Shown here in pieces: positions 28,752 to 37,792 of a stretch of DNA of 53,826 bases. This stretch comes from Mycobacteriaceae bacterium (GTDB lineage Bacteria; Actinomycetota; Actinomycetes; Mycobacteriales; Mycobacteriaceae), in contig JADGOX010000305.1 in NCBI GenBank assembly GCA_017882745.1, forward strand, positions 1 to 53,826, given 5' to 3'. Both the position numbers and the translations under genes were made by a program. Under the pieces are notes generated by a model. The model saw only the letters and a program-made list of their open reading frames with translations, was not told where the DNA came from and did not search any database. Position 1 is the stretch's first letter. Each line of letters starts with the position of its first letter.

Positions 28752-29057
28752 ATGACCGTCTTCGAGATCCACCTCCACGAGGTCCGTTCCGCCGCAGTGC
28801 AGCTGGGCGCATCGGCGACCGCAGTGGGCGAGGGTGCCGCAGCGCTCAAGGAGTTGCGCCTGAGTCCGGCGCAGGCCGGTGCACCCGACGGTGATGTCGT
28901 GTCGCAGGCGGTCCGGCGCTTTGCCGAGCGGGCCTCCCGACGGCTAGCGGACAACAGCAGCTCTCTGCGCACGCACTCGGCGGACCTGCGGACCGCCTGT
29001 GCCGGCTACGCCGAGGTCGACCAAGCAACAGCCGCACGTCTGCGGGCGGCCCGGTGA
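28752..29057 (+). CDS. Type VII secretion substrate-like helical small protein (101 aa, C-terminal YxxxD)
   Basis: Ala-rich two-helix pattern, LRTACAGYAEVD; GTGA overlap with the next gene. Confidence 0.7.
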   Translation: MTVFEIHLHEVRSAAVQLGASATAVGEGAAALKELRLSPAQAGAPDGDVVSQAVRRFAERASRRLADNSSSLRTHSADLRTACAGYAEVDQATAARLRAAR

Positions 29058-30904
29058 ACGATCCCCGTCCGCCGTACCGGCAGCTGACCAGCGGGAGTGT
29101 CGGCAGCGCGCCCACCGCCACCCTCACTGCCGCCCGAGCAGCCGTCCACGAAGGCACCCGCGAACTCGACGACGCCCGCCGACGCCTACGCCGCTCCTGG
29201 CAGGGCCTGGGGGCCACCGGGGCGACACGGTGCTTCGAGCGACGCTCGGCGGAGCTGAGTGCCGCCGACGCCGAGCTCGGCGCCGCGGTGGACCTGCTGT
29301 CCTCGCTGGCCGCCGAGCAGGAGCGGGTCAAGCGCGCCGCCACCCCGCTCATCCGGTGGTGGTGCCGCGCCTACGTGCTTCTCGTCTTCACCGACAAGGT
29401 TCTCCTGGAGCTCATCAGCGCCCAGGTGTGCACGGCACTGAGCCAGCTCCGCGTCACCCACCTCGCTGAGCTGCAACGCATCGCCACCGGGTTCGACCGC
29501 TTGGCCGGGGGTGCCGAATGCGCGGCACCTCTCGTCGTCAGCGCGGGTGCACTGCCTCCCGCGGGCACCTCACCTCAAGCGATCGCCTCCTGGTGGAAGG
29601 CGCTCACCCCCGCGTATCGGGACGCGCTGCAGGCGCAGCATCCCGATGAGCTCGCCGAGCTCCACGGCCTGCCGCCCACCGTGCTCGACAGCGTCAACCG
29701 GACGCGGGTCTCTCGAGACCAAAGGAACGCCCAGGCCCGCCTGGATGCGACGGACGAGGGCTTGCGCGCACACGGGCTGGCGGGGGTGTCCGACGCTGAG
29801 CTACTCGGCAACCGCGACCCCGAGATCCGACGGCTGGCACGTACACACGCCGAGGCGCAGGGCTTGCTCGAGCGCACACACCAGGCAGACGCTGCAGTCC
29901 GCAGCGCACAGGCCACCGCTGCGCTCGCCCCGCCGATCGGACCCGTGCTCCTGGTGGACTACCGCAACACCGGTGCGGGCGGCCTCGCCATCGCCTTCGG
30001 CGACCCCTCCAAGGCCCACGACGTCGCCGTGGCGGTGCCAGGAACCGGAGCCGGCCCGGGGCAGCCCGGCCTGGAGCAGGCTTCGGCACTGCGCAGGGAG
30101 ATGGACCGGAAGCGCCCCACGGGCACTCATTCGACGGTGCAGTGGATCGACTATGACGCTCCGGACAGCCTCGGCGACACCCGGGTAGCCGACCCCCGGC
30201 TCGCGAAGGAGGGCGCCGCCCGACTGGTCGACGATGTTGCCGGCTGGCGCGCAGCCTCGGCCGGTGGCCAGCACGTCACGGTGATCGGACACTCCTACGG
30301 CAGCACGTTGGTGGGAATCGCGGGGCAGCACGGGCTTGCAGCCGACGACATCGCCGTGGTGGGCTCACCCGGAGTCGGGGCTTCCTCCGCCGACGGCCTC
30401 TCTCCCGGTCATGGCCACGTCTGGGCTGGGGGCGCTGAGCACGATCCCGTCGTGCAGGTCACCCAGGGCAGCTGGTTCAGCGCGGACGGCAGCGGTGTCG
30501 GGCCCTACGACAGGTCATTCGGTGCGCTCCAGTTCGACGCGACCAACCCCCTCGCGCTCGCAGCCGGACACACCGAGTACTACGCCGAAGGATCCCCGTC
30601 GCTGCGCAACCTTGCCGCCATCTCCACCGGCGACTACAGCGAGGTCACCGCGGCAGATCCGGGCAACAGCCCTGTTGCGGGGCCCGTGCAGCAACTCGGT
30701 GAAGCCGGCCAGGACGCGCTCCGCGGAGGCGCCCAGACCGCAGTCGACCTGGTGACAGGCCACCCCGCAGATGCCGTGCACAGAGCGTCGAATACCGCAT
30801 ACGAACTCGCCGCGGACGCCACTGACCTCGTCGTGAACAGGCTGGGCGGCGGTCTGGAACTGGGGCACGATGCCGCGAAGAAACTGCTCGACGTGCTGTT
30901 CTGA
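29054..30904 (+). CDS. WXG100-like N-terminus + alpha/beta hydrolase (DUF1023/Abhydrolase_8-like)
   Basis: SWQG at about residue 49; WWKALTP..PDEL..LHGLP..D.VNR linker; AVAVPGTG, WIDYDAP, GHSYGS, VGSPG, HDPV, GHTEYY. Confidence 0.82.
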   Translation: MNDPRPPYRQLTSGSVGSAPTATLTAARAAVHEGTRELDDARRRLRRSWQGLGATGATRCFERRSAELSAADAELGAAVDLLSSLAAEQERVKRAATPLIRWWCRAYVLLVFTDKVLLELISAQVCTALSQLRVTHLAELQRIATGFDRLAGGAECAAPLVVSAGALPPAGTSPQAIASWWKALTPAYRDALQAQHPDELAELHGLPPTVLDSVNRTRVSRDQRNAQARLDATDEGLRAHGLAGVSDAELLGNRDPEIRRLARTHAEAQGLLERTHQADAAVRSAQATAALAPPIGPVLLVDYRNTGAGGLAIAFGDPSKAHDVAVAVPGTGAGPGQPGLEQASALRREMDRKRPTGTHSTVQWIDYDAPDSLGDTRVADPRLAKEGAARLVDDVAGWRAASAGGQHVTVIGHSYGSTLVGIAGQHGLAADDIAVVGSPGVGASSADGLSPGHGHVWAGGAEHDPVVQVTQGSWFSADGSGVGPYDRSFGALQFDATNPLALAAGHTEYYAEGSPSLRNLAAISTGDYSEVTAADPGNSPVAGPVQQLGEAGQDALRGGAQTAVDLVTGHPADAVHRASNTAYELAADATDLVVNRLGGGLELGHDAAKKLLDVLF

Positions 30905-30905
30905 G

Positions 30906-31292
30906 CTACACCCGCAACAGTGGCAGCCAGTGTGCAATCTCCTCGGCCCGCGTGCCCGAGGCCGTGAGCCGTCCGGCGGCCACACCCTGGTCGAAGGTGA
31001 CCATCCCCGTGACCAACAACAACCAGGTGCGGGGGTCGGTCTCGACGACGTTCGGCGGAGTCCCCCTGGTGTGCCGTGGACCCGCGACGCACTGCACGGC
31101 CACAAAGGGAGGCACCCGCACCTCCACGCTGTTGCCCGGAGCCGCGTGGGCCAGCGTGCGCGCCGACATGCGCACCGCCGCAGCGAGCGCAGTCCGGGCG
31201 GGCGCGGGCAGGCTCTCGTCGGCCAGCCACCGCGCCACTGCGAGCACAGACTCGCGCAGCTGCGCGGGGTCGACTTCACGACGACTGGTCAT
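30906..31292 (-). CDS. Bacterial sterol-carrier-like protein (Rv0807-like)
   Basis: APGNSVEVRVPPFVAVQCVAGPRHTRGTPPNVVETDPRTWL. Confidence 0.88.
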   Translation of the reverse strand: MTSRREVDPAQLRESVLAVARWLADESLPAPARTALAAAVRMSARTLAHAAPGNSVEVRVPPFVAVQCVAGPRHTRGTPPNVVETDPRTWLLLVTGMVTFDQGVAAGRLTASGTRAEEIAHWLPLLRV

Positions 31293-31342
31293 CGCCCGCA
31301 ACTCATACCCCGCAGCCTAGGGCGCGCCGGTAGAATTTCCCC

Positions 31343-31984
31343 GTGCGGACCATCGACGACCATGCCGACTACTGGCGTGCGCGAGCCGAGCAGTCCGGCG
31401 AGTTCTGCTACCTCGCACTGGGCGACTCCCTGACGCAGGGGTACGGGGCCAGCGCGCCTGACCGCGGCTATGTCGGCCAGCTGGTCGAGCTGGTCGCGCA
31501 ACGCACGGGGGCGCCGGTGCGTGTCGTCAACCGAAGCGTGTGCGGGGCGACGGTGCGCGAGCTGGTGGATGAGCAGCTGCCCCAGCTCCACGAGCTGAAG
31601 CCGGATCTGGTGACGGTGTGCATCGGCGCAAACGATGCTGCGGCAACACCGACCGAACAGTTTCGAAAGGCGTTCTCCACCGTCTGCGAGGCCTTGCCCG
31701 AGGGTGCCTTCGTCACGGACATCCCCGATTTCCAGGGCGGGCACGCAGGCGAGCAGGCTCGCGAGCTCGCCGCCGTCTGCCGGGAGCTCGTCGGTGCGCA
31801 TCCCGGTCTGGTTCCGGTGGCCGTCGAAGCGGCGACGACGGGCATGGCGTTCAACGAGTTCAGCGATGGCTTCGCGCACCCTGACGACTCGGGCTACCGG
31901 CGGTACACCTCCGCGTTCTGGGCTGCGATCGAACCGACCCTGCGGGAGCAGTTGGGTGGGCGTTCGTCAACGCCCACCCGGTGA
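31343..31984 (+). CDS. SGNH/GDSL hydrolase
   Basis: LGDSLTQG, IGANDA, DGFAHP; leaderless GTG 6 nt after TAGAAT. Confidence 0.85.
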   Translation: MRTIDDHADYWRARAEQSGEFCYLALGDSLTQGYGASAPDRGYVGQLVELVAQRTGAPVRVVNRSVCGATVRELVDEQLPQLHELKPDLVTVCIGANDAAATPTEQFRKAFSTVCEALPEGAFVTDIPDFQGGHAGEQARELAAVCRELVGAHPGLVPVAVEAATTGMAFNEFSDGFAHPDDSGYRRYTSAFWAAIEPTLREQLGGRSSTPTR

Positions 31985-32064
31985 GCCGGCCACACGTCGA
32001 GCGAGGGACTTGTTCACGGACGGACGACGTCTGACAGTGATGTAGCAAGCAGGGGAGAAACCCA

Positions 32065-32211
32065 ATGGCTGGACCAGATCGGCTCGGCGCGCTGCGCGCG
32101 AAGAACCTTGCCGCGCTGCGCGCTCGGAATGAAGCGCTGCGCGCAACGCAGGACGCTGCGCTCGAGACCCCGGAGGCGCCGGTCACGACCGTGGTCACCA
32201 GCGAGGACTGA
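32065..32211 (+). CDS. Putative 48-aa small protein with ALRA repeats
   Basis: AGGGGAG SD, then MAGPDRLGALRAKNLAALRARNEALRATQDAALETPEAPVTTVVTSED*; stop abuts the purL stop. Confidence 0.5.
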   Translation: MAGPDRLGALRAKNLAALRARNEALRATQDAALETPEAPVTTVVTSED

Positions 32212-34494
32212 TCACCCGAACAGGGCGGGCAGCGTCGCTTCGAAGGTGGCGCGCAACTCGTCCAGGGTGACGGAGAACTGTCCCTGGATCTCGACGGCGT
32301 CCGAGCCGTCGTCCACCACGCCGATGCGCGCCCACGGCAGTCCGCGGTTGGTGCACATGGCGGTGAAGCGCGGCTCCTCGCTGCGCGGAACCGCCACCAG
32401 GATGCGCCCCGAAGACTCGCTGAACAACTGGACGAAGGGGTCGGAGCCCTCGGGCAGCAGCACCCGGCACCCGGTGTCGCCGGCCAGCGCGGCCTCGACC
32501 ACGGCCTGTGCCAGGCCACCTTCGGACAGGTCGTGGGCTGCGGAGATCAGTCCGTCCCGAGAACCGGCGAGCAAGATGTCCGCCAGCAACTGCTCGCGAG
32601 CCAGGTCGACCGCCGGGGGCCGGCCACCGAGGTGGTCGTGCACGACCTGCGTCCAGATGGAGCCGCCGAACTCGTCGTGGGTGTCGCCCAGCAGAATCAG
32701 CGTCTCCCCAGGGGTGTTGCCGAACCCGGTGAGGATGCGGCGGTCCACCTCGTCGATGACGCCCAGCACGCCCACGACGGGGGTTGGCAGGATCGCGGTG
32801 GTGCCGGTCTGGTTGTAGAAGCTGACATTGCCGCCGGTGACCGGAATGCCCAAGGTGACGCAGCCGTCGGCCAGGCCGCGGACCGCTTCGCTGAACTGCC
32901 ACATCACCGCTGGGTCCTCCGGGGAGCCGAAGTTGAGGCAGTTGGTGACGGCGACGGGGGTGGCGCCGGTGGTAGCGACGTTCCGGAAGGCCTCGGCCAG
33001 TGCGAGCTGCGCTCCGGCGTAGGGGTCCAACGCGGTGTAACGCCCGCTGGCATCGGTGGCCAGGGCGATGCCGCGGCCGGTGGACTCGTCGATGCGGACC
33101 ACTCCGGCGTCGGCGTGCTCGGCCAGCACGGTGTTGCCCCGGACGTAGCGGTCGTACTGCTGCACCACCCAGCGGCGGCTGCACAGCTGGGGCGAGCCGA
33201 TCATCGTCAGCAAGGTCGCCTTGAGCTCGGCGGGTGTGGACGGACGCTGCAGCGAGTCCGGCACGTTGGCGACCAGTGCGTCCTGGGTGTCCGGGCGCTG
33301 CACGGGGCGCGAGTAGACCGGGCCCTCGTGGGCGACAGTGCGTGGCGGTACGTCCACGACAGTCTCGCCGTGCCAGGTGATTTCCAGGTGCTCTCCGTCG
33401 GTCACCTCGCCGATGACGCTGGCCAGCACGTCCCATTTCTTGCAGATCACCATGAACGCGTCCACGTCGGCGGGGGCGACGACGGCACACATCCGCTCCT
33501 GCGACTCGCTGGAAAGTACCTCCGCGGGCGTCATCCCCGTGGCCCGCAGCGGCACGGCGTCGAGCTCGACCCGCATGCCGCCGTCGCCGGCACTGGCCAG
33601 CTCTGACGTCGCGCAGGACAGCCCGGCCCCACCGAGGTCCTGGATGCCGACGACCACCCCGGAGGCGTAGAGCTCCAGGCAGCACTCGATGAGCACCTTC
33701 TCCATGAACGGGTCGCCGACCTGCACCGCGGGCAGCTTCTTGCGTCCGCCGGCAGCCTCGTCCCCGTCGAAGGTGGCTGAGGCCAACACGGAGACCCCGC
33801 CGATGCCGTCCAGGCCGGTGCGCGCACCGAACAGGATGATCTTGTTTCCCGTACCGGAGGCGAACGCGAGGTGCATGTCCTCGGTGCGCATGACCCCGGC
33901 ACACAGGGCGTTGACCAGTGGGTTTCCCGCGTAGGACGGGTCGAACACCAGCTCGCCACCGACGTTGGGCAGGCCGAGGGAGTTGCCGTACCCGCCCACC
34001 CCGGCCACGATGCCGTGCACCTGGCGACGGGTGTCGGGAGCATCAGCCGCGCCAAAACGCAGCTGGTCCATCACCGCGATCGGCCGCGCGCCCATGGCCA
34101 TGATGTCGCGAACGATCCCGCCGACACCGGTGGCCGCACCCTGGTAGGGCTCCACATAGGACGGATGGTTGTGGCTCTCCACCTTGAAGGTGACCGCCCA
34201 GCCGTCGCCGACGTCCACCACGCCCGCGTTCTCCCCGATGCCTGCAAGCATCGAGGAGCGCATCTGCTCGGTGGTGGTCTCACCGAAGTACTTGAGGTGC
34301 ACCTTGGAGGACTTGTAGGAGCAGTGCTCGCTCCACATCACCGAGTACATCGCCAGCTCGGAGTCCGTCGGCCGCCGTCCGAGGATCTCCCTGATACGGC
34401 CGTACTCGTCGTCCTTGAGGCCGAGCTCCCGGTAGGGCTGCTCCACCTCCGGGGTCGCGGCGGCGTGGGCTGTGGTGTCGAGGGGCGCTGGCAC
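32212..34494 (-). CDS. purL: FGAM synthase large subunit
   Basis: [51 protein letters not shown]. Confidence 0.96.
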   Translation of the reverse strand: MPAPLDTTAHAAATPEVEQPYRELGLKDDEYGRIREILGRRPTDSELAMYSVMWSEHCSYKSSKVHLKYFGETTTEQMRSSMLAGIGENAGVVDVGDGWAVTFKVESHNHPSYVEPYQGAATGVGGIVRDIMAMGARPIAVMDQLRFGAADAPDTRRQVHGIVAGVGGYGNSLGLPNVGGELVFDPSYAGNPLVNALCAGVMRTEDMHLAFASGTGNKIILFGARTGLDGIGGVSVLASATFDGDEAAGGRKKLPAVQVGDPFMEKVLIECCLELYASGVVVGIQDLGGAGLSCATSELASAGDGGMRVELDAVPLRATGMTPAEVLSSESQERMCAVVAPADVDAFMVICKKWDVLASVIGEVTDGEHLEITWHGETVVDVPPRTVAHEGPVYSRPVQRPDTQDALVANVPDSLQRPSTPAELKATLLTMIGSPQLCSRRWVVQQYDRYVRGNTVLAEHADAGVVRIDESTGRGIALATDASGRYTALDPYAGAQLALAEAFRNVATTGATPVAVTNCLNFGSPEDPAVMWQFSEAVRGLADGCVTLGIPVTGGNVSFYNQTGTTAILPTPVVGVLGVIDEVDRRILTGFGNTPGETLILLGDTHDEFGGSIWTQVVHDHLGGRPPAVDLAREQLLADILLAGSRDGLISAAHDLSEGGLAQAVVEAALAGDTGCRVLLPEGSDPFVQLFSESSGRILVAVPRSEEPRFTAMCTNRGLPWARIGVVDDGSDAVEIQGQFSVTLDELRATFEATLPALFG

Positions 34495-34525
34495 AGGTAC
34501 AGCCTATCGAGTTCGCCGACGCCGC

Positions 34526-35566
34526 CTAGGACCGCGGCCTGTCGCGGTCCTTGCTCGGCTGCACACGCTTGGGTTCGCCGGCCATCTTGGGATAGTTCGG
34601 CGGATAGGGCAGGTCGCCGAGCCCGCCCGCCTCGTCACGCTCGGCCATCTCCAGCAGGCTGTCCAGGGTGAACGCTCGGGCGTCGAGCTCGGCCATCGGG
34701 TCACCGCGGCGCTCCAGCAACGCCGGCACCGTGGCCATGGTGCAGTCCTCGGGTTGCACATCCACCAGCTCCGCCCACGTGACCGGGGTCGACACGGTGG
34801 CCCGTGGGGTCTTCCGAACGGAGTACGCCGACGCGATCGTTCGGTCACGGGCGTTCTGGTTGAAGTCGACGAAGATGCGCTCGCCGCGTTGCTCCTTCCA
34901 CCAGGCCGTCGTGACGCGGCCCCCAGCGCGGCGCTCGGTCTCCCTGGCGAGGGCGATGGCCGCACGACGGACCTCGGTGAAGGTCCACCGTGGCTCGATG
35001 CGGATGTAGACGTGCAGTCCGCGGCCACCGGAGGTCTTCGGATAACCCACGAGTCCCAGCTGGTCGAGCAGCGGCTGCACCACGTCCAAGGCCACCGCGC
35101 GGGCCTCCTCGAACGCGGTCCCCGGCTGCGGGTCCAGGTCGATCCGCAGCTCGTCGGGGTGGTCGACGTCGGCACAGCGCGCGTGCCAGGGATGGAAAGT
35201 GACCGTCCCCAGATTGGCCGCCCACACCACGTTCGGGGCACTGCGCACCTTCAAGGCGTCTGCGGTCCGGCCGGAAGGAAAGGTGATCCGGCAGGTCTCG
35301 ACGTGCTCGGGCGCCTTGGCCGGAATCCGCTTCTGATAGATCTCCTCCCCCTCGATGCCGTCGGGGAAGCGCTGCAGGTACGTCGGCCGGTCTCGGAGTG
35401 CCGTGATGACGGCCCCGTTCTCGGCGACCGTCCGGTAGTAGTCGACGAGGTGCCGTTTGGTTCCGCCCTCGGCGCCGAGGGCGGGGAAGTAGATCTTGTC
35501 GGGATTGCTCAGCCGCACCGCGACGCCCCCGATGTCGAGGTCCTCCGCCGGTGACCGCGCGGCCAT
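34526..35566 (-). CDS. Stand-alone AEP primase-polymerase (Prim-PolC / Rv3730c-like)
   Basis: LQRFPDGI..YQKR, LRIDLDP, KTSGGRGLH, FVDFNQNARDRTIASAYS, PYPPNYPKM.GEPKRVQPS. Confidence 0.9.
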   Translation of the reverse strand: MAARSPAEDLDIGGVAVRLSNPDKIYFPALGAEGGTKRHLVDYYRTVAENGAVITALRDRPTYLQRFPDGIEGEEIYQKRIPAKAPEHVETCRITFPSGRTADALKVRSAPNVVWAANLGTVTFHPWHARCADVDHPDELRIDLDPQPGTAFEEARAVALDVVQPLLDQLGLVGYPKTSGGRGLHVYIRIEPRWTFTEVRRAAIALARETERRAGGRVTTAWWKEQRGERIFVDFNQNARDRTIASAYSVRKTPRATVSTPVTWAELVDVQPEDCTMATVPALLERRGDPMAELDARAFTLDSLLEMAERDEAGGLGDLPYPPNYPKMAGEPKRVQPSKDRDRPRS

Positions 35567-36615
35567 CACTGCTCCCCACCCGCGAGGACGTCAGCAAGGT
35601 CGAAGCGCACCGGCACCTCGAGCTGGTCGTAGGTGCACTCCTCCGGGCTGCGCTCGGGCCGCCAGCGCAGGAAATGGGCCGCGTGACGCAGCCGGTCGCC
35701 CTCCATCTGGTCGTAGGCCACCTCCGCCACCCGCTCGGGCCGCAGCGGCACCCAGCTGTGGTCGATGCGCCGGTTCCACCGGTTGGCCTCGCCCTGGGCC
35801 ACCACGTCCTCCCCGAGGCGCAGGGGTTCCAGCTCAGCCAGCAGCTCCTCCCTCCGTTTCGCGGTGAACGCCGACGCTCCGCCCACCATGCGCAGCTCCG
35901 TGCCGTCGTAGAGACCGAGCAATATCGAACCGACGCCCGGCAGGCTCTTGTGCGGGCGGTATCCCAGCACCACGCACTCAGCGCTGCGATGGTGCTTGAC
36001 TTTGATCATGTCGCGCTTGTCTGGCACATAGTGACCATCGAGCCGCTTGGCCACCACGCCGTCGAGCCCGGCCCCTTCGAAGTCCTCGAACCACCGCTGC
36101 GCGAGTTCGGCGTCCGCGGTAGCTGCGGTGACGTGGCAGGAAGGCCCCTCACCGACTGCTTCGAGCAACAGCTCACGGCGCCGGGAGAAGGGCTCGTGCA
36201 TCAGGTTCTGGTCGCCGAGCGCGAGGAGGTCGAAGCCGATCACCTGCGCCGGCGTCTGCTCGGCGAGCATGCGAACCCGGCTCTCCGCGGGGTGGATGCG
36301 TTGACTCAGCGAGTCCCAGTCCAGGCGGGTACGCCCGTCGATCTCCTTGGGGACGACGACCTCGCCGTCGAGCACGCACCGTTCGGGGAGCTCCGCGAGA
36401 ACCGCATCGACGACTTCGGGGAAGTACCGCGTCAGCGACTTGCCGCTGCGAGATCCCAGCTCCACCTCGTCACCGTCACGAAACACGATGCAGCGGAAGC
36501 CATCCCACTTGGGCTCGTAGGACCACACGGGGTCCGCTCCGGCGGGTTGACCGGGCACGGCATCGGCCGCCTTGGCCAGCATCGGCTTCACAGGCGGCGC
36601 TACGGGGAGATCCAC
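35566..36615 (-). CDS. ligC: ATP-dependent DNA ligase LigC
   Basis: PMLAK, YEPKWDGFR (motif I), GLDGVVAK, MIKVKH, EVAYDQMEG.RLRH. Confidence 0.92.
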   Translation of the reverse strand: MDLPVAPPVKPMLAKAADAVPGQPAGADPVWSYEPKWDGFRCIVFRDGDEVELGSRSGKSLTRYFPEVVDAVLAELPERCVLDGEVVVPKEIDGRTRLDWDSLSQRIHPAESRVRMLAEQTPAQVIGFDLLALGDQNLMHEPFSRRRELLLEAVGEGPSCHVTAATADAELAQRWFEDFEGAGLDGVVAKRLDGHYVPDKRDMIKVKHHRSAECVVLGYRPHKSLPGVGSILLGLYDGTELRMVGGASAFTAKRREELLAELEPLRLGEDVVAQGEANRWNRRIDHSWVPLRPERVAEVAYDQMEGDRLRHAAHFLRWRPERSPEECTYDQLEVPVRFDLADVLAGGEQ

Positions 36616-36706
36616 TCAACCATCCTGGCTGGCCGGACGCGTTGACGCGACCCCTTCAGCCACCGAAACTGCATTCGGGCCCCTGGATGCCGTCCAGGGC
36701 GATCGC

Positions 36707-37384
36707 TCAGACGGAGAGGACGCTGTCCAACGCGGACAGGAAGATCCCGAGGCCGTCCTCTGTAGGGCCGGTGAGCTTCTCGGTGGCGTGCTCGGGATGA
36801 GGCATGAGACCGACCACGCGTCCGTCCGCGGAGGCAATCCCCGCGATCCCGCGCTCCGACCCGTTGGGGTTGTCCCCGACGTAGCGGAACACCACGCGCC
36901 CTTCGCCTTCCAGCTCGTCGAGGACCTCTTCCGAGGCGACATAGCGGCCCTCGCCGGACTTCAGCGGCACCAGGATCTCGGCGCCCGGCTCGTAGCGAGA
37001 GGTCCACGCCGTCGCCGTCGACTCCACCCGAAGCCACTGGTCCCGGCACAGGAAGTGCAGGTTCTCGTTGCGGGTCAGCGCACCTGGCAGCAGACCGGCC
37101 TCACACAGCACCTGGAAGCCGTTGCAAATACCCAGCACCGGCATTCCCGCGGCTGCGGCACGCACCACCTCGCTCATCACGGGGGCGAAGCGGGCGATCG
37201 CGCCCGCACGGAGGTAGTCCCCGTAGGAGAACCCGCCAGGCACGATCACCGCAGCGACTCCATGCAGGTCCGCGTCGCCGTGCCAGAGGCTCACAGCCTC
37301 TGCGCCGGCCAGCGTCACCGCGCGGGAGGCGTCCACGTCATCGAGGGTCCCGGGGAAAGTGATGACGCCGATGCGCGAACTCAC
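36707..37384 (-). CDS. purQ: FGAM synthase glutaminase subunit
   Basis: [35 protein letters not shown]. Confidence 0.95.
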   Translation of the reverse strand: MSSRIGVITFPGTLDDVDASRAVTLAGAEAVSLWHGDADLHGVAAVIVPGGFSYGDYLRAGAIARFAPVMSEVVRAAAAGMPVLGICNGFQVLCEAGLLPGALTRNENLHFLCRDQWLRVESTATAWTSRYEPGAEILVPLKSGEGRYVASEEVLDELEGEGRVVFRYVGDNPNGSERGIAGIASADGRVVGLMPHPEHATEKLTGPTEDGLGIFLSALDSVLSV

Positions 37385-37620
37385 TCCTGCACCCTGCGGA
37401 CGGTCCACTCCTCGATCACGGTGTTACACAAGAGGGTCTGCGCGATCTGCTCGAGTGCGACATCGTCGACCTCGTCGCCGACCTCCAGCTCGAAGCGCTT
37501 GCCCTGCCGCACCTGCGTCACCCCGGCAAAACCCAGACGCGGAAGGGCCCCCGCGATAGCCTGGCCCTGCGGGTCGAGGATCTCGGCCTTAGGCATCACG
37601 TCGACGACAACTCGGGCCAC
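37381..37620 (-). CDS. purS: FGAM synthase small subunit
   Basis: [29 protein letters not shown]. Confidence 0.95.
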   Translation of the reverse strand: MARVVVDVMPKAEILDPQGQAIAGALPRLGFAGVTQVRQGKRFELEVGDEVDDVALEQIAQTLLCNTVIEEWTVRRVQE

Positions 37621-37721
37621 GCTGTGCTCCCTGGTTCGAATCGGAATGGGCAGGAGTCGAGCCTACTGGCAGGCCGACATCGCACGGACCCCACACCGTT
37701 GTCAGACTGGTACTGACGACT

Positions 37722-37744
37722 CCGGAACTATCGGTTAGTTTCGG
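37722..37744. promoter_or_regulatory. Imperfect inverted repeat (candidate operator) upstream of the SCP2-hydrolase gene
   Basis: CCGGAACTA-TCGGT-TAGTTTCGG. Confidence 0.45.
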
Positions 37745-37792
37745 TTGTTGGCCAAAACCGGGCAAACACGCGAGCACGTCAGGAGTCCTCCG

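Noticed and set aside
37630-37650. GGTTCGAATC resembling a tRNA T-loop or att remnant upstream of purS
   Set aside because: Flanks do not form a T-stem, no cloverleaf or CCA, and no integrase nearby
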